Of a DNA stretch of 56,332 nucleotides, positions 9,630 through 17,984 are shown piece by piece. The first letter of the stretch is position 1; each line of letters opens with the position of its first letter. A program made the translations under genes and the position numbers. This stretch comes from Pseudomonadota bacterium (GTDB lineage Bacteria; Bdellovibrionota_B; Oligoflexia; Oligoflexales; RGVZ01). The notes beneath the pieces are model-generated. The model was not told the DNA's origin and did not search any database. It saw only the letters and a program-made list of their open reading frames with translations. The stretch lies in the NCBI GenBank assembly GCA_041178085.1, contig JBEGVZ010000048.1, positions 1 to 56,332 on the forward strand, in the 5' to 3' direction.

Positions 9630-10262
9630 TCACCAACGCATGGTGACGTCGGCATCTGAGTTGGTGAACTGGACCTGGACCGGGTTTCCGGTTGCCATTT
9701 CCTGGCTGCTGGTCGAGCGGGATGGGGTGTCAAACACCACCATGTACTCGACAGACCAGCGGTTCACGCCCGGGAAGAAGTTTTTCCAGCGATCTTTGTC
9801 GGCCAACCGGCGCACGAACGCCGGACGGATGGTCTTTTCGCCGTCCACCATCTGGATCGTCCAGTGACCCTCGTCGGCAAGGTCATCGACGCGTGAGTCC
9901 GGCGAAAAGATGGTTACAAAAAAACCACTCTTCCCCGAGGCCTCTTCCAGGAACTGGAGCTTACTTTTGGCAAACCGTTCGGCCCGTGTGGCAAAGGCCG
10001 AGCGGAACTCAGGCGAAAGGTACGTGGCCTCAAGGGTGTATTTGGTCTCGAAATCACGGAACACCGTGGTCGACCGGGAGGCCCGCTTCCAGGCTTTTTC
10101 ATACTGGCTGTCCTGTTCCACGGTCGGCAAAAGCTCAACCTTGGTTTCAGCCGGGCTGGTCTGGCATCCGGTCAATGTTACCGGGGCGAGCGGAGTGAGC
10201 CCGCCAAGGATGGCGGCGGCCAGCGTCTGGTTACGCATGTGCTTTTGGCGGTTCTGCTTCAA
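9630..10262 (-). CDS. Hypothetical lipoprotein
   Basis: AGGAGG RBS then TTG 10262; hydrophobic stretch ending in lipobox LTGC. Confidence 0.7.
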   Translation of the reverse strand: MKQNRQKHMRNQTLAAAILGGLTPLAPVTLTGCQTSPAETKVELLPTVEQDSQYEKAWKRASRSTTVFRDFETKYTLEATYLSPEFRSAFATRAERFAKSKLQFLEEASGKSGFFVTIFSPDSRVDDLADEGHWTIQMVDGEKTIRPAFVRRLADKDRWKNFFPGVNRWSVEYMVVFDTPSRSTSSQEMATGNPVQVQFTNSDADVTMRW

Positions 10263-10288
10263 ACGAGACCTCCTGTTGCTTGCAAGAA

Positions 10289-11185
10289 TCATGAGGTGAC
10301 TTTGTTACGCCCGTTTTGCTTGGACTGATAAAGCCTCTGGTCGGCGAGTTCTAGAAACTCAGCGCCAGTTTTGACCTTGTCATTCAGTTCCGCCACGCCG
10401 AGCGAGACGGTTTGCCGGTGCTGCTTTTGTTGCCCCGAGTCACTGGTGACCAGGAAGGGATGTGCTTCGACAGCAACCCGGATGCGTTCAGCAAGTTCAG
10501 TCGCTTTTTTGCCCGGAGTATTGGGCAGGATCACGACAAATTCCTCGCCACCAAAGCGCCCGAAGATGTCGTCCTTGCGGATGACGCTCTTGACCACATT
10601 TGCTGTTTCCTTGAGGACGACGTCTCCGGCGTTGTGGCCGAGCGTGTCGTTCACGCTTTTGAAGTGGTCGAGGTCGAAGTAAATGATTGACAGGGATCGC
10701 GCGGCCGCTCTTGAGAACTTGATTTCCGCTTCAAGGTTGTCCACCAGGTAGCGCTTGTTGAAAATCTGGGTACCGGCGTCGACCACCGAGCGACTCCAGC
10801 CTTCGTCCTCGCAAATCGTTTCAAGGTCTTCGTAGGCGTTGAAACGCATGAGCACGTTACCGAAACGGACATGGTCCCGGTGCTTGATCGGTAGCCTTGA
10901 GGTGACTTTCTGGTCGTTGACAAAGGTGCCATTCGAGCTTCCCAGGTCTTCTACCTCGGCATTTTCACCAACAATTACGATGCGCGCGTGCTTGCGCGAG
11001 ACGCTGGGTTCATGGATGACAACCGTGCAGTCAGTCGCCCGGCCGATGGTTGAGTCGGACGGGTCGAGCGGGTGCCTTTTGAAGACATCCCCATGAAGCC
11101 TGGTCAAGCTGGCGCGATTTCGCTTTGGCGAATTAAAAATCGTCAGGTTGCCAGGTTCCGCGATGATTGTCTTTTCATTCGTCAT
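10289..11185 (-). CDS. FHA-GGDEF diguanylate cyclase (DgcB-like architecture)
   Basis: FHA motifs IGR, SRKH and SSNGT; DLDHFKSVNDTLGH; RKDD I-site; GGEEF; start re-assigned to ATG 11185 (MTNEKTII). Confidence 0.9.
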   Translation of the reverse strand: MTNEKTIIAEPGNLTIFNSPKRNRASLTRLHGDVFKRHPLDPSDSTIGRATDCTVVIHEPSVSRKHARIVIVGENAEVEDLGSSNGTFVNDQKVTSRLPIKHRDHVRFGNVLMRFNAYEDLETICEDEGWSRSVVDAGTQIFNKRYLVDNLEAEIKFSRAAARSLSIIYFDLDHFKSVNDTLGHNAGDVVLKETANVVKSVIRKDDIFGRFGGEEFVVILPNTPGKKATELAERIRVAVEAHPFLVTSDSGQQKQHRQTVSLGVAELNDKVKTGAEFLELADQRLYQSKQNGRNKVTS

Positions 11186-11415
11186 GGACCACAACCTGTT
11201 GCCCGGCTTCGGGTGGAATTTGGGTGTTTTCCATATGTTACCACCTGTCGGACCTGGACAGGAGGGGGCGCTCCCGAGGCGGTGCCGCGCTGCCATGCCG
11301 GGGTCTGGGGTGCCCGGGGGCAAGTACCTGTAAGATCAGCAAAACCGCTTTATTTTTCAGGGTTTTGTTAATACGGTATCGGCTCAAGTTAAGGCGTCAT
11401 TATCAGGAGCAAACG

Positions 11416-12819
11416 ATGAAATTGGCCGTTGTCGGATCTGGGTACGTTGGGCTGGTGACAGGGGTTTGTTTTTCCGAAGTCGGTCACGACGTCGTCTGCG
11501 TCGACACGGACAGCAACAAGATCGCCATGCTTCGCGACAATATCCCGCCGATTTATGAACCTGGCCTTGATGAACTCCTTAAGCGCAATGCCGCTCATGG
11601 TCGTTTGCATTTCACGACCGCGCTTGCAGATGGATTGAAAGACGCAGTCGCTGTTTTCATCGCCGTTGGAACCCCAGAGGGGGAAGACGGATCCTCCGAC
11701 CTCCGTTACGTCAAGGCGGTCGCCACGGAAATCGGCCGGCTCGCCTCTGCCGACCTTCTGGTGGTGGTCAAGTCAACCGTTCCGGTCGGGACGTGCGACA
11801 TGGTGGAAAAAACCATCCAGGCGGAACTTGCGGAAAGATTCCCGTCAGGCAAGAAGGGCCGTCCTGTGATTCGCGTTGCCTCCAATCCGGAATTCCTGAA
11901 GGAAGGGACGGCGATTGATGACTTCATGAAGCCGGACCGGATCGTCACCGGGGTGATGGATGCCGAATCTGCAGCCATCTTCCAGGAGATGTATGCGCCT
12001 TTCATTCAAGACGACCCTGCGCGGCTGCTGGTGACCGAGCGCCGTTCGAGCGAAATGACCAAATACGGAGCCAATGCCATGTTGGCCACACGCATCAGCT
12101 TCATGAACGAGCTTTCCCGGTTGTGCGAACTCGTTGGTGCGAACATCGACGACGTTCGCCGAGGGATTGGCGCAGATCCGCGTATCGGCAAGAAGTTCTT
12201 GTATGCGGGGCCAGGATACGGTGGATCTTGTTTTCCCAAGGACGTCGAGGCATTGCTCAGCACAGCCCGCCAGAACGATTGTGAACTGACCGTGCTCAAG
12301 GCTGTGAGCCACACCAACAAGCTTCAAAAGATGCATGTCGCCCGCAAGATCCATGCGTATTTTGATGGTGACTGCAAAGGCCGCAAGATCGCCGTATGGG
12401 GGCTTGCATTCAAGCCGGGTACGGATGATGTGCGTGAGGCTCCCGCCTTGACCATTCTTTCTGCTCTGGTCAACTGGGGTGCGACGGTTGTGGCCCATGA
12501 CCCGGTGGCTCAAAAAACTTTTGAACGTGCGTGGTCCCAAGCCGGCATGCCTGTAAATGGAATTACATACGTTGACGAGTCTTACGAGGCTTTGAATGGT
12601 GCAGATGCGCTCGTCTTGTTGACGGAGTGGCCGGAATACAAGAGGCCCTCGTGGGACAAGGTGCGCAGTCTGTTGAAAAAACCAGTCGTGTTTGACCTGC
12701 GCAATCAATACTCCTTCAAGACCCTGGCGGGCCTTGGGTTCCATTATGAGTGTGTCGGTCGCCCTGATTCGCGTTCTGGAATGCGTTCCGAATTGGCAGG
12801 CAAAGGCGCCGCAAAATGA
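11416..12819 (+). CDS. ugd: UDP-glucose 6-dehydrogenase
   Basis: Start ATG 11416 with AGGAG RBS; GSGYVG, KSTVPVG, SNPEFLKEG, GGSCFPKD, FKPGTDD. Confidence 0.95.
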   Translation: MKLAVVGSGYVGLVTGVCFSEVGHDVVCVDTDSNKIAMLRDNIPPIYEPGLDELLKRNAAHGRLHFTTALADGLKDAVAVFIAVGTPEGEDGSSDLRYVKAVATEIGRLASADLLVVVKSTVPVGTCDMVEKTIQAELAERFPSGKKGRPVIRVASNPEFLKEGTAIDDFMKPDRIVTGVMDAESAAIFQEMYAPFIQDDPARLLVTERRSSEMTKYGANAMLATRISFMNELSRLCELVGANIDDVRRGIGADPRIGKKFLYAGPGYGGSCFPKDVEALLSTARQNDCELTVLKAVSHTNKLQKMHVARKIHAYFDGDCKGRKIAVWGLAFKPGTDDVREAPALTILSALVNWGATVVAHDPVAQKTFERAWSQAGMPVNGITYVDESYEALNGADALVLLTEWPEYKRPSWDKVRSLLKKPVVFDLRNQYSFKTLAGLGFHYECVGRPDSRSGMRSELAGKGAAK

Positions 12820-13385
12820 TTGAACTTGTTCGCGCCACCATGGAGGAAGCTGCCCAGGCGCTCGCAAACCTGCGTGCAAACGATGCCACACTCGGTGCGA
12901 TTGCCCGGGCAGGTGACCTGATGGTGCAGTCCCTCAGGGCCGGTGGCTGTGTGTTCAGTTGCGGGAACGGCGGTTCCATGTGCGACGCCATGCACTTTGC
13001 AGAGGAGCTGACCGGTCGTTTCCGTGAAAACCGGCCTGCAGTGCGCGCGATCAGTATCAGCGATCCCGGGCACCTTTCATGCGTTGCCAATGATTATGGC
13101 TACGAGTTTGTTTTTTCCCGGTACCTGGAAGCCCACGCCCGGTCCGGGGATGTGCTACTTGCAATCAGTACCAGCGGAACCAGCAAGAATGTCCTGCGAG
13201 CCGTTGAAGTGGCACGTGAAAAGGGAGTCAAGGTTGTGTCGCTGACCGGACGCCCCGGAAGCGCGATTGGCAAGTTGGCTGACGTTGATATCTGCACTCC
13301 TGGCGGGAAATATGCGGATCGCGTTCAGGAGCTTCACATCAAGGTGATTCATACCTTCATGGAAATTATTGAGGCAGCTTTGTAG
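12816..13385 (+). CDS. gmhA: Phosphoheptose isomerase (SIS fold)
   Basis: CGNGGS, HFAEEL, NDYG, STSGTS, QELH; ATGA coupling to ugd. Confidence 0.94.
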   Translation: MIELVRATMEEAAQALANLRANDATLGAIARAGDLMVQSLRAGGCVFSCGNGGSMCDAMHFAEELTGRFRENRPAVRAISISDPGHLSCVANDYGYEFVFSRYLEAHARSGDVLLAISTSGTSKNVLRAVEVAREKGVKVVSLTGRPGSAIGKLADVDICTPGGKYADRVQELHIKVIHTFMEIIEAAL

Positions 13386-13394
13386 AGCGGTTCA

Positions 13395-14069
13395 TCATTG
13401 TTTAGCCACATTGATTGCGCCGTCAAGCACCTGCCAGTTGTTCCCCTCGCTGGACGTGGTCAGCCAATAGATCGAATAGATCAGGCGCGCCCCGTGAGTG
13501 GCCGGTGCGGCGTTTGCCACGGCGCAGGTCACGGGCTGTCCCGTCTGGAAATTGACATGTTCCCAGAGCACTTCCGCAAAGGCTGCGCCGCCGGCAAGGA
13601 ATGATCCTTTTGGGGTTGTGCCTGTCCGGGAAAACTCCACGCAGAAATAGGTATCATCAGCGCTTGAACGTGGTGCCAGGCATCTGTTCTTGGCGCCAGA
13701 GATCCTGATCCGCGTCGCAGGGGGGGTGATTTTGGTCAGGTCAACTCCCGGGATGACGTTGGTCTTGTAGGTAAAAGAACCGCTGCCGCCGACACTTGTA
13801 TTGTTGAAGACGCTTGCTGGAGCGACACAAGAGTCAGTCCTGATGGCACTGATCAGCGTGGATTCGAATCCCTGCTTGGACTCCTGCGTTGATCGCTTGG
13901 ACCGGATCAGGTTCTGCACCTGGATGTTGAAGCTATGGTTTTTCATGAATCCCAGCGCCATGACTCCTATGACGCCAATGAGAACCAGCAGTCCGATCAG
14001 GGAGACCCCCGAGTCAAGGCCGCCAGCGAATGGCTTCATGGGAGCTGTTTGTTTACGCAGCTGGGTCAT
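13395..14069 (-). CDS. Type IV pilin/pseudopilin-like protein
   Basis: DSG|VSLIGLLVLIGVIGVMALGF class III signal-like N-terminus lacking E5; four Cys in the head domain. Confidence 0.55.
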   Translation of the reverse strand: MTQLRKQTAPMKPFAGGLDSGVSLIGLLVLIGVIGVMALGFMKNHSFNIQVQNLIRSKRSTQESKQGFESTLISAIRTDSCVAPASVFNNTSVGGSGSFTYKTNVIPGVDLTKITPPATRIRISGAKNRCLAPRSSADDTYFCVEFSRTGTTPKGSFLAGGAAFAEVLWEHVNFQTGQPVTCAVANAAPATHGARLIYSIYWLTTSSEGNNWQVLDGAINVAKQ

Positions 14070-14076
14070 GCTTGAT

Positions 14077-15462
14077 TCAATTCCCGGTGTTGTTGCATTG
14101 GTCTTTCAACAGCTGCACGCCATACAGTCCGTTATTTGGTCCACCGATGATTTTTTCGCCGATTTTTCGCCTGCTCACCGGGGCGGAGCAGGGCAGTGGA
14201 TTCATGGTCGTCAGAAGCCGGTCACCAGTTTGGAGAGTTATTTTTACAGGGTTCGGAGCCGCGCGGCTGGTAAAATTTGGGATGGATCGAATTGTGCCAT
14301 CAGGTTTGCGCACTTCTATCGTCATGGTGTGGTCGCAGCCACTCCGGTTCTGGACATTGATTTCGATGTCCTGGTTCTGAGCCGACTCAACGAAATCAGA
14401 GGTGTAACGAAATTTTCCTTTGAAACATAACACTGCATCGTTGAAGTCCATGTCACCGCCATCGGCGAGGTCTTCGAAGTTGACGCCAAGCTTTATGGTG
14501 GTCAGATAGGTAAAGTTGCATGTGGTCTGCTGATTTTGCGGGCCACTCACAATTCCACGGAAGCTGACAGCCGGGGGTTGTCCTTTTTTCCCGGTTTGTG
14601 TCTGGTTGATGATTGTCCCTGATAAGGGTTGGGTCATGATCGTCACATCCTGGCCGAAAACAGAATTAGCCGGCGTGGTATTTGAAGGAGCCAGGGTGGC
14701 CACGACACTGGTACTTGCGCCTGGGCCCAATTGGTTGATGGATGCCGATGTTGCAACGCCATTCGCTGCCAAAACCAGGTCGTTGCCGATCAAGTCAAGC
14801 GTACAGGTCGGCGCTGGTGGGGGCGGAACCTGGAAGCGGATCTTACTTTTTATTTCCTGTGCGGGGTTGGCAGGGTTTGGTGTCGTAAGATCCACATCCA
14901 TGCTTTCAATGATGGAAATTCCCCCGACGTTCCCAACTGTGGCTTGAATCAATTTTGCCCGGACGGTTGACATGACGTAGGGGACGGTTGTTGTTGCATT
15001 CGCATAGCGCGAAACAAGGTTGCTTGAGGTCGGATTGACCACTGCAATGTGGGCTTCACGGTACCTTTTTGGAGAACCAGGAGTCGTTGAATATGGGATT
15101 TCATCGTTCATTTTCCAGCCAAAGGTCGCCAGCGGATCAGCGCCGCTCTGGGGGAAGGAAGTCCTGAAACCTGCATCATTGGCCGGATTTGCGTCGCTAT
15201 TGTCGGGTGTAAAACCGACGTAAGGCTCAGGGAACAAGGCAGGCAGGTCGTTACCTTCGTGGCTCATCAGCACTTTCAAGGTTGTGGTCGCCGAATTGTT
15301 GGCTTGTTCCGCCAGCGACTTTTTCCGGTCGGCGGCTGTCTTTTCTAGGCTGCCGCGCAGGCCAGCCAGCTGTGCAAGAATCACCGCCAATCCCGCAGCC
15401 ATCACGAGCAGGGCTATGGGGATGGAGCCAGAGTCTTTTTGCGGCTTTGGTAAGACTTTCAT
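14077..15462 (-). CDS. Large PilX/minor-pilin-like protein with a C-terminal acidic (DUF4114-like) motif
   Basis: DSG|SIPIALLVMAAGLAVILAQL; C-terminal FEDLADGGDMDFNDAV. Confidence 0.55.
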   Translation of the reverse strand: MKVLPKPQKDSGSIPIALLVMAAGLAVILAQLAGLRGSLEKTAADRKKSLAEQANNSATTTLKVLMSHEGNDLPALFPEPYVGFTPDNSDANPANDAGFRTSFPQSGADPLATFGWKMNDEIPYSTTPGSPKRYREAHIAVVNPTSSNLVSRYANATTTVPYVMSTVRAKLIQATVGNVGGISIIESMDVDLTTPNPANPAQEIKSKIRFQVPPPPAPTCTLDLIGNDLVLAANGVATSASINQLGPGASTSVVATLAPSNTTPANSVFGQDVTIMTQPLSGTIINQTQTGKKGQPPAVSFRGIVSGPQNQQTTCNFTYLTTIKLGVNFEDLADGGDMDFNDAVLCFKGKFRYTSDFVESAQNQDIEINVQNRSGCDHTMTIEVRKPDGTIRSIPNFTSRAAPNPVKITLQTGDRLLTTMNPLPCSAPVSRRKIGEKIIGGPNNGLYGVQLLKDQCNNTGN

Positions 15463-15485
15463 TTTTACGGCCCGTTATCGATGCT

Positions 15486-17885
15486 TCACAGGTTCAGTGA
15501 CAGGGGATCTCGCAAAATTTCATCGCGTAGCGAAGAAGCCAAAGGAGAAACATCGGGAATTCCGGCCTGCCCCAGCGATTGCAGATAGGTGGCGACCCGG
15601 AACAGGACATTCATGATATCCCCGGCGCCAAAACCTTCCGTGGCAACCTCTTTGACCAGCTCATCCCATCGTATTCCTGATACCCACCTGTTGACAATAT
15701 AACCACCTGCCGGATTGAGCTCCCGGATCGGTGCAGTCTCCCAGTCGTGCTGGTCCCGGCGCGGGCGCTGGGCTGGTTGGCCCCGTCGTGGCGGTCCGCG
15801 ACGGACGTTGAGGTCATAAACATCTTCGAATAACTCAAGCGGATAAAGTTCACGGAGTTCGGAATCGAGGTCAGGAATTTTCCACGGGAATCGATAGGAA
15901 TCCGCGACACGCGGTTCCTTGAAGCGAGCCAGGGAGAATGAGCCCATCATTTCAGCAAAGCGCCCCAGATTTGCAGCCTGCAAAGTTCCATCAGCGATGC
16001 GGCGGGCAATCAGAAGGCCCCCCGCTTGGGGAAAGTAGCGCGCGATCTCGCCATAAGTGGTCAATTTCTCGGTGTCGTCGAGGGCGGAAACGGCATGCAA
16101 ATGCAGATGCATGTGGGCAAGGCGACTGGATGTTACCCGGTCCTCGATATACGTGTGACAGCGCTTGCGATGGCGGCATCCCTGACAAACGCTGGACTCG
16201 TTCGTTGGGGCTTCGCCCCCTTCGTTTTCAATTCTCCAGAATTTGATCACTTCAGGCACTGGTGACTGGCAGGGCAAATTACTGTCCCCAAGATGATCCT
16301 GTACGTCCGATTTATGAACGATCGACAGGTCGGCGCGTCGGTCCTTGTATGCCAGGAAGCTTTTCTTATAAAAACCCTCGATCGCCCGCAGGCTGTACCC
16401 GCGACCGACAAGACCAAGGAATGTCGTCGGGTCTTTGCGTAACCGAGAGGAGCAAGGCTCCCTGGTGGCGCCACCCATTTTCGAATAGGCAATGGTGGAC
16501 GGCCACAAGCTATAACCAATTGCGTCCCGGCCCCGTCTTCCCGCGCGTCCCAGCATTTGCAGGACTTCGGAAGGGGCATAGTCGACAAAACCCTGGTCCC
16601 CTGGACGGTCATAATCACTGATCATGGTTGAGCGGACCGAGAAATTGATGCCCAGACTCAGGCCAGTGGTGGCGCTACAAAATCGCAGCATTCCGTTTTT
16701 GAGCAGTTGCTCGATAGCCATGCGCACGGGTGCGGCAAGGCCAGAGTGGTGCCATGCAATACCGTAAGTCTGGATTGACCGGCGCAACTCATGGCTCATG
16801 AACGAAAGGGCGCGGACCTCACCGTGAATTTGTTGCAGCATCAAGCCAATTTGCTGGCTTTGTTCAACTGGTAATGGTTCCAGCTGCCTCAGCAGGGCGA
16901 TGCCAAGGCGCTCGCAGGCGATTCTCCGACCCGCGTAAACGATGCAAGGCGTGAGTTCTTGCTTTAAAATCGAGCGGGCAAGCAGCGCAACGTCTTCGGG
17001 CTGGGGTGCACGTTCGCGCCCCCCGTATTCGTCCCGTCCAGTGCGCTGCTCCACCAGATGCGCCGGTAATTCATCGGCCAGGATCCACTGGTCTTGCGTG
17101 TAAACGAGGTTGGCCAGGGGAACCGGGCGGTGCGTGGTCCGGACCAGTTCGCAGGGCTTTTTTCTGACGGTGGCAAGCCAGTCACAAATCTCTTCTGCGT
17201 TGGCGACAGACGCCGACAACATCAGAAGCTGGCATGATGCAGGTGTCAGGATGAGCGCCTCTTCCCAGGCACTGCCGCGCCCGACATCTTGCAGGTAGTG
17301 GTACTCGTCAAACACCACGAGGGTTCGACCCAGGTCCGGTTCCGTGCCCAGCAGTGAGTTCCGGTAGGATTCCAGGGTTGCTACGACAATTGGTGCTTGC
17401 AGATTTTCCTTGATGTCCCCCGTGGCAATGCCGACGTTCTCGGCGCCGAAGATCGCACGAAGTTCACGGACCTTGTCGTTGCTGAGGCTCTTTACGGGCG
17501 TTGTGTACGCGGCCCGGAATCCCGGTTTGTGGATGTGGGCCGCAAAGTAAGCCTCCACCACGCGGGTTTTACCCGCTGATGTTGGCGCGTCGACGACGAC
17601 GCTGCCCCCTTCGTGCAGGATGTTGCACGCCTGTTCCTGCCACGGGTCAAGTTCGGCCGGCCGTGCCCTTGGTGCAGCGGCCGCCTTTTCCGCCATCATC
17701 CGCCACTCTTCCATCCTTGTCCGGGTGGCTTCAGCGGCCTGCTGCAAGTTGAATTGGGGTTTTCGCGGTTTTTGGTCCCCACCGCGGCGTTCTTGCGGGC
17801 GGCCCGGGGGTCTGGAACGTTGGTCGGGTGAGCCTTTGCGGTGTTGCCGTGGACCACCCTTGCCCTTGGATTTTTGTTTGCTCAT
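15486..17885 (-). CDS. Ski2/HelY-like DExH RNA helicase
   Basis: APTSAGKT, PVKSLSNDK, DEYH, LSAS, QMLGRAGRRG; Cys cluster CQGC..C. Confidence 0.88.
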   Translation of the reverse strand: MSKQKSKGKGGPRQHRKGSPDQRSRPPGRPQERRGGDQKPRKPQFNLQQAAEATRTRMEEWRMMAEKAAAAPRARPAELDPWQEQACNILHEGGSVVVDAPTSAGKTRVVEAYFAAHIHKPGFRAAYTTPVKSLSNDKVRELRAIFGAENVGIATGDIKENLQAPIVVATLESYRNSLLGTEPDLGRTLVVFDEYHYLQDVGRGSAWEEALILTPASCQLLMLSASVANAEEICDWLATVRKKPCELVRTTHRPVPLANLVYTQDQWILADELPAHLVEQRTGRDEYGGRERAPQPEDVALLARSILKQELTPCIVYAGRRIACERLGIALLRQLEPLPVEQSQQIGLMLQQIHGEVRALSFMSHELRRSIQTYGIAWHHSGLAAPVRMAIEQLLKNGMLRFCSATTGLSLGINFSVRSTMISDYDRPGDQGFVDYAPSEVLQMLGRAGRRGRDAIGYSLWPSTIAYSKMGGATREPCSSRLRKDPTTFLGLVGRGYSLRAIEGFYKKSFLAYKDRRADLSIVHKSDVQDHLGDSNLPCQSPVPEVIKFWRIENEGGEAPTNESSVCQGCRHRKRCHTYIEDRVTSSRLAHMHLHLHAVSALDDTEKLTTYGEIARYFPQAGGLLIARRIADGTLQAANLGRFAEMMGSFSLARFKEPRVADSYRFPWKIPDLDSELRELYPLELFEDVYDLNVRRGPPRRGQPAQRPRRDQHDWETAPIRELNPAGGYIVNRWVSGIRWDELVKEVATEGFGAGDIMNVLFRVATYLQSLGQAGIPDVSPLASSLRDEILRDPLSLNL

Positions 17886-17929
17886 CAGGTGAAAAAGATA
17901 CCGTACGTGCGAGGAATAAGGAAGCGGTC

Positions 17930-17972
17930 AAAAAAAGAGCCGGAGCCCCCTGGTTTTTGGAGGGGCTCCGGC
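17930..17972 (-). terminator. Intrinsic terminator of glutamine synthetase
   Basis: GCCGGAGCCCC...GGGGCTCCGGC stem followed on the minus strand by a T tract. Confidence 0.85.
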
Positions 17973-17984
17973 CTGGCAAAAAAC

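Noticed and set aside
11845..12891. 348-aa minus-strand ORF
   Set aside because: Antisense to ugd; no independent coding evidence
16150..16290. Cys cluster in the helicase as a novel domain
   Set aside because: Cys/His clusters in this region are known in HelY/Ski2-like helicases
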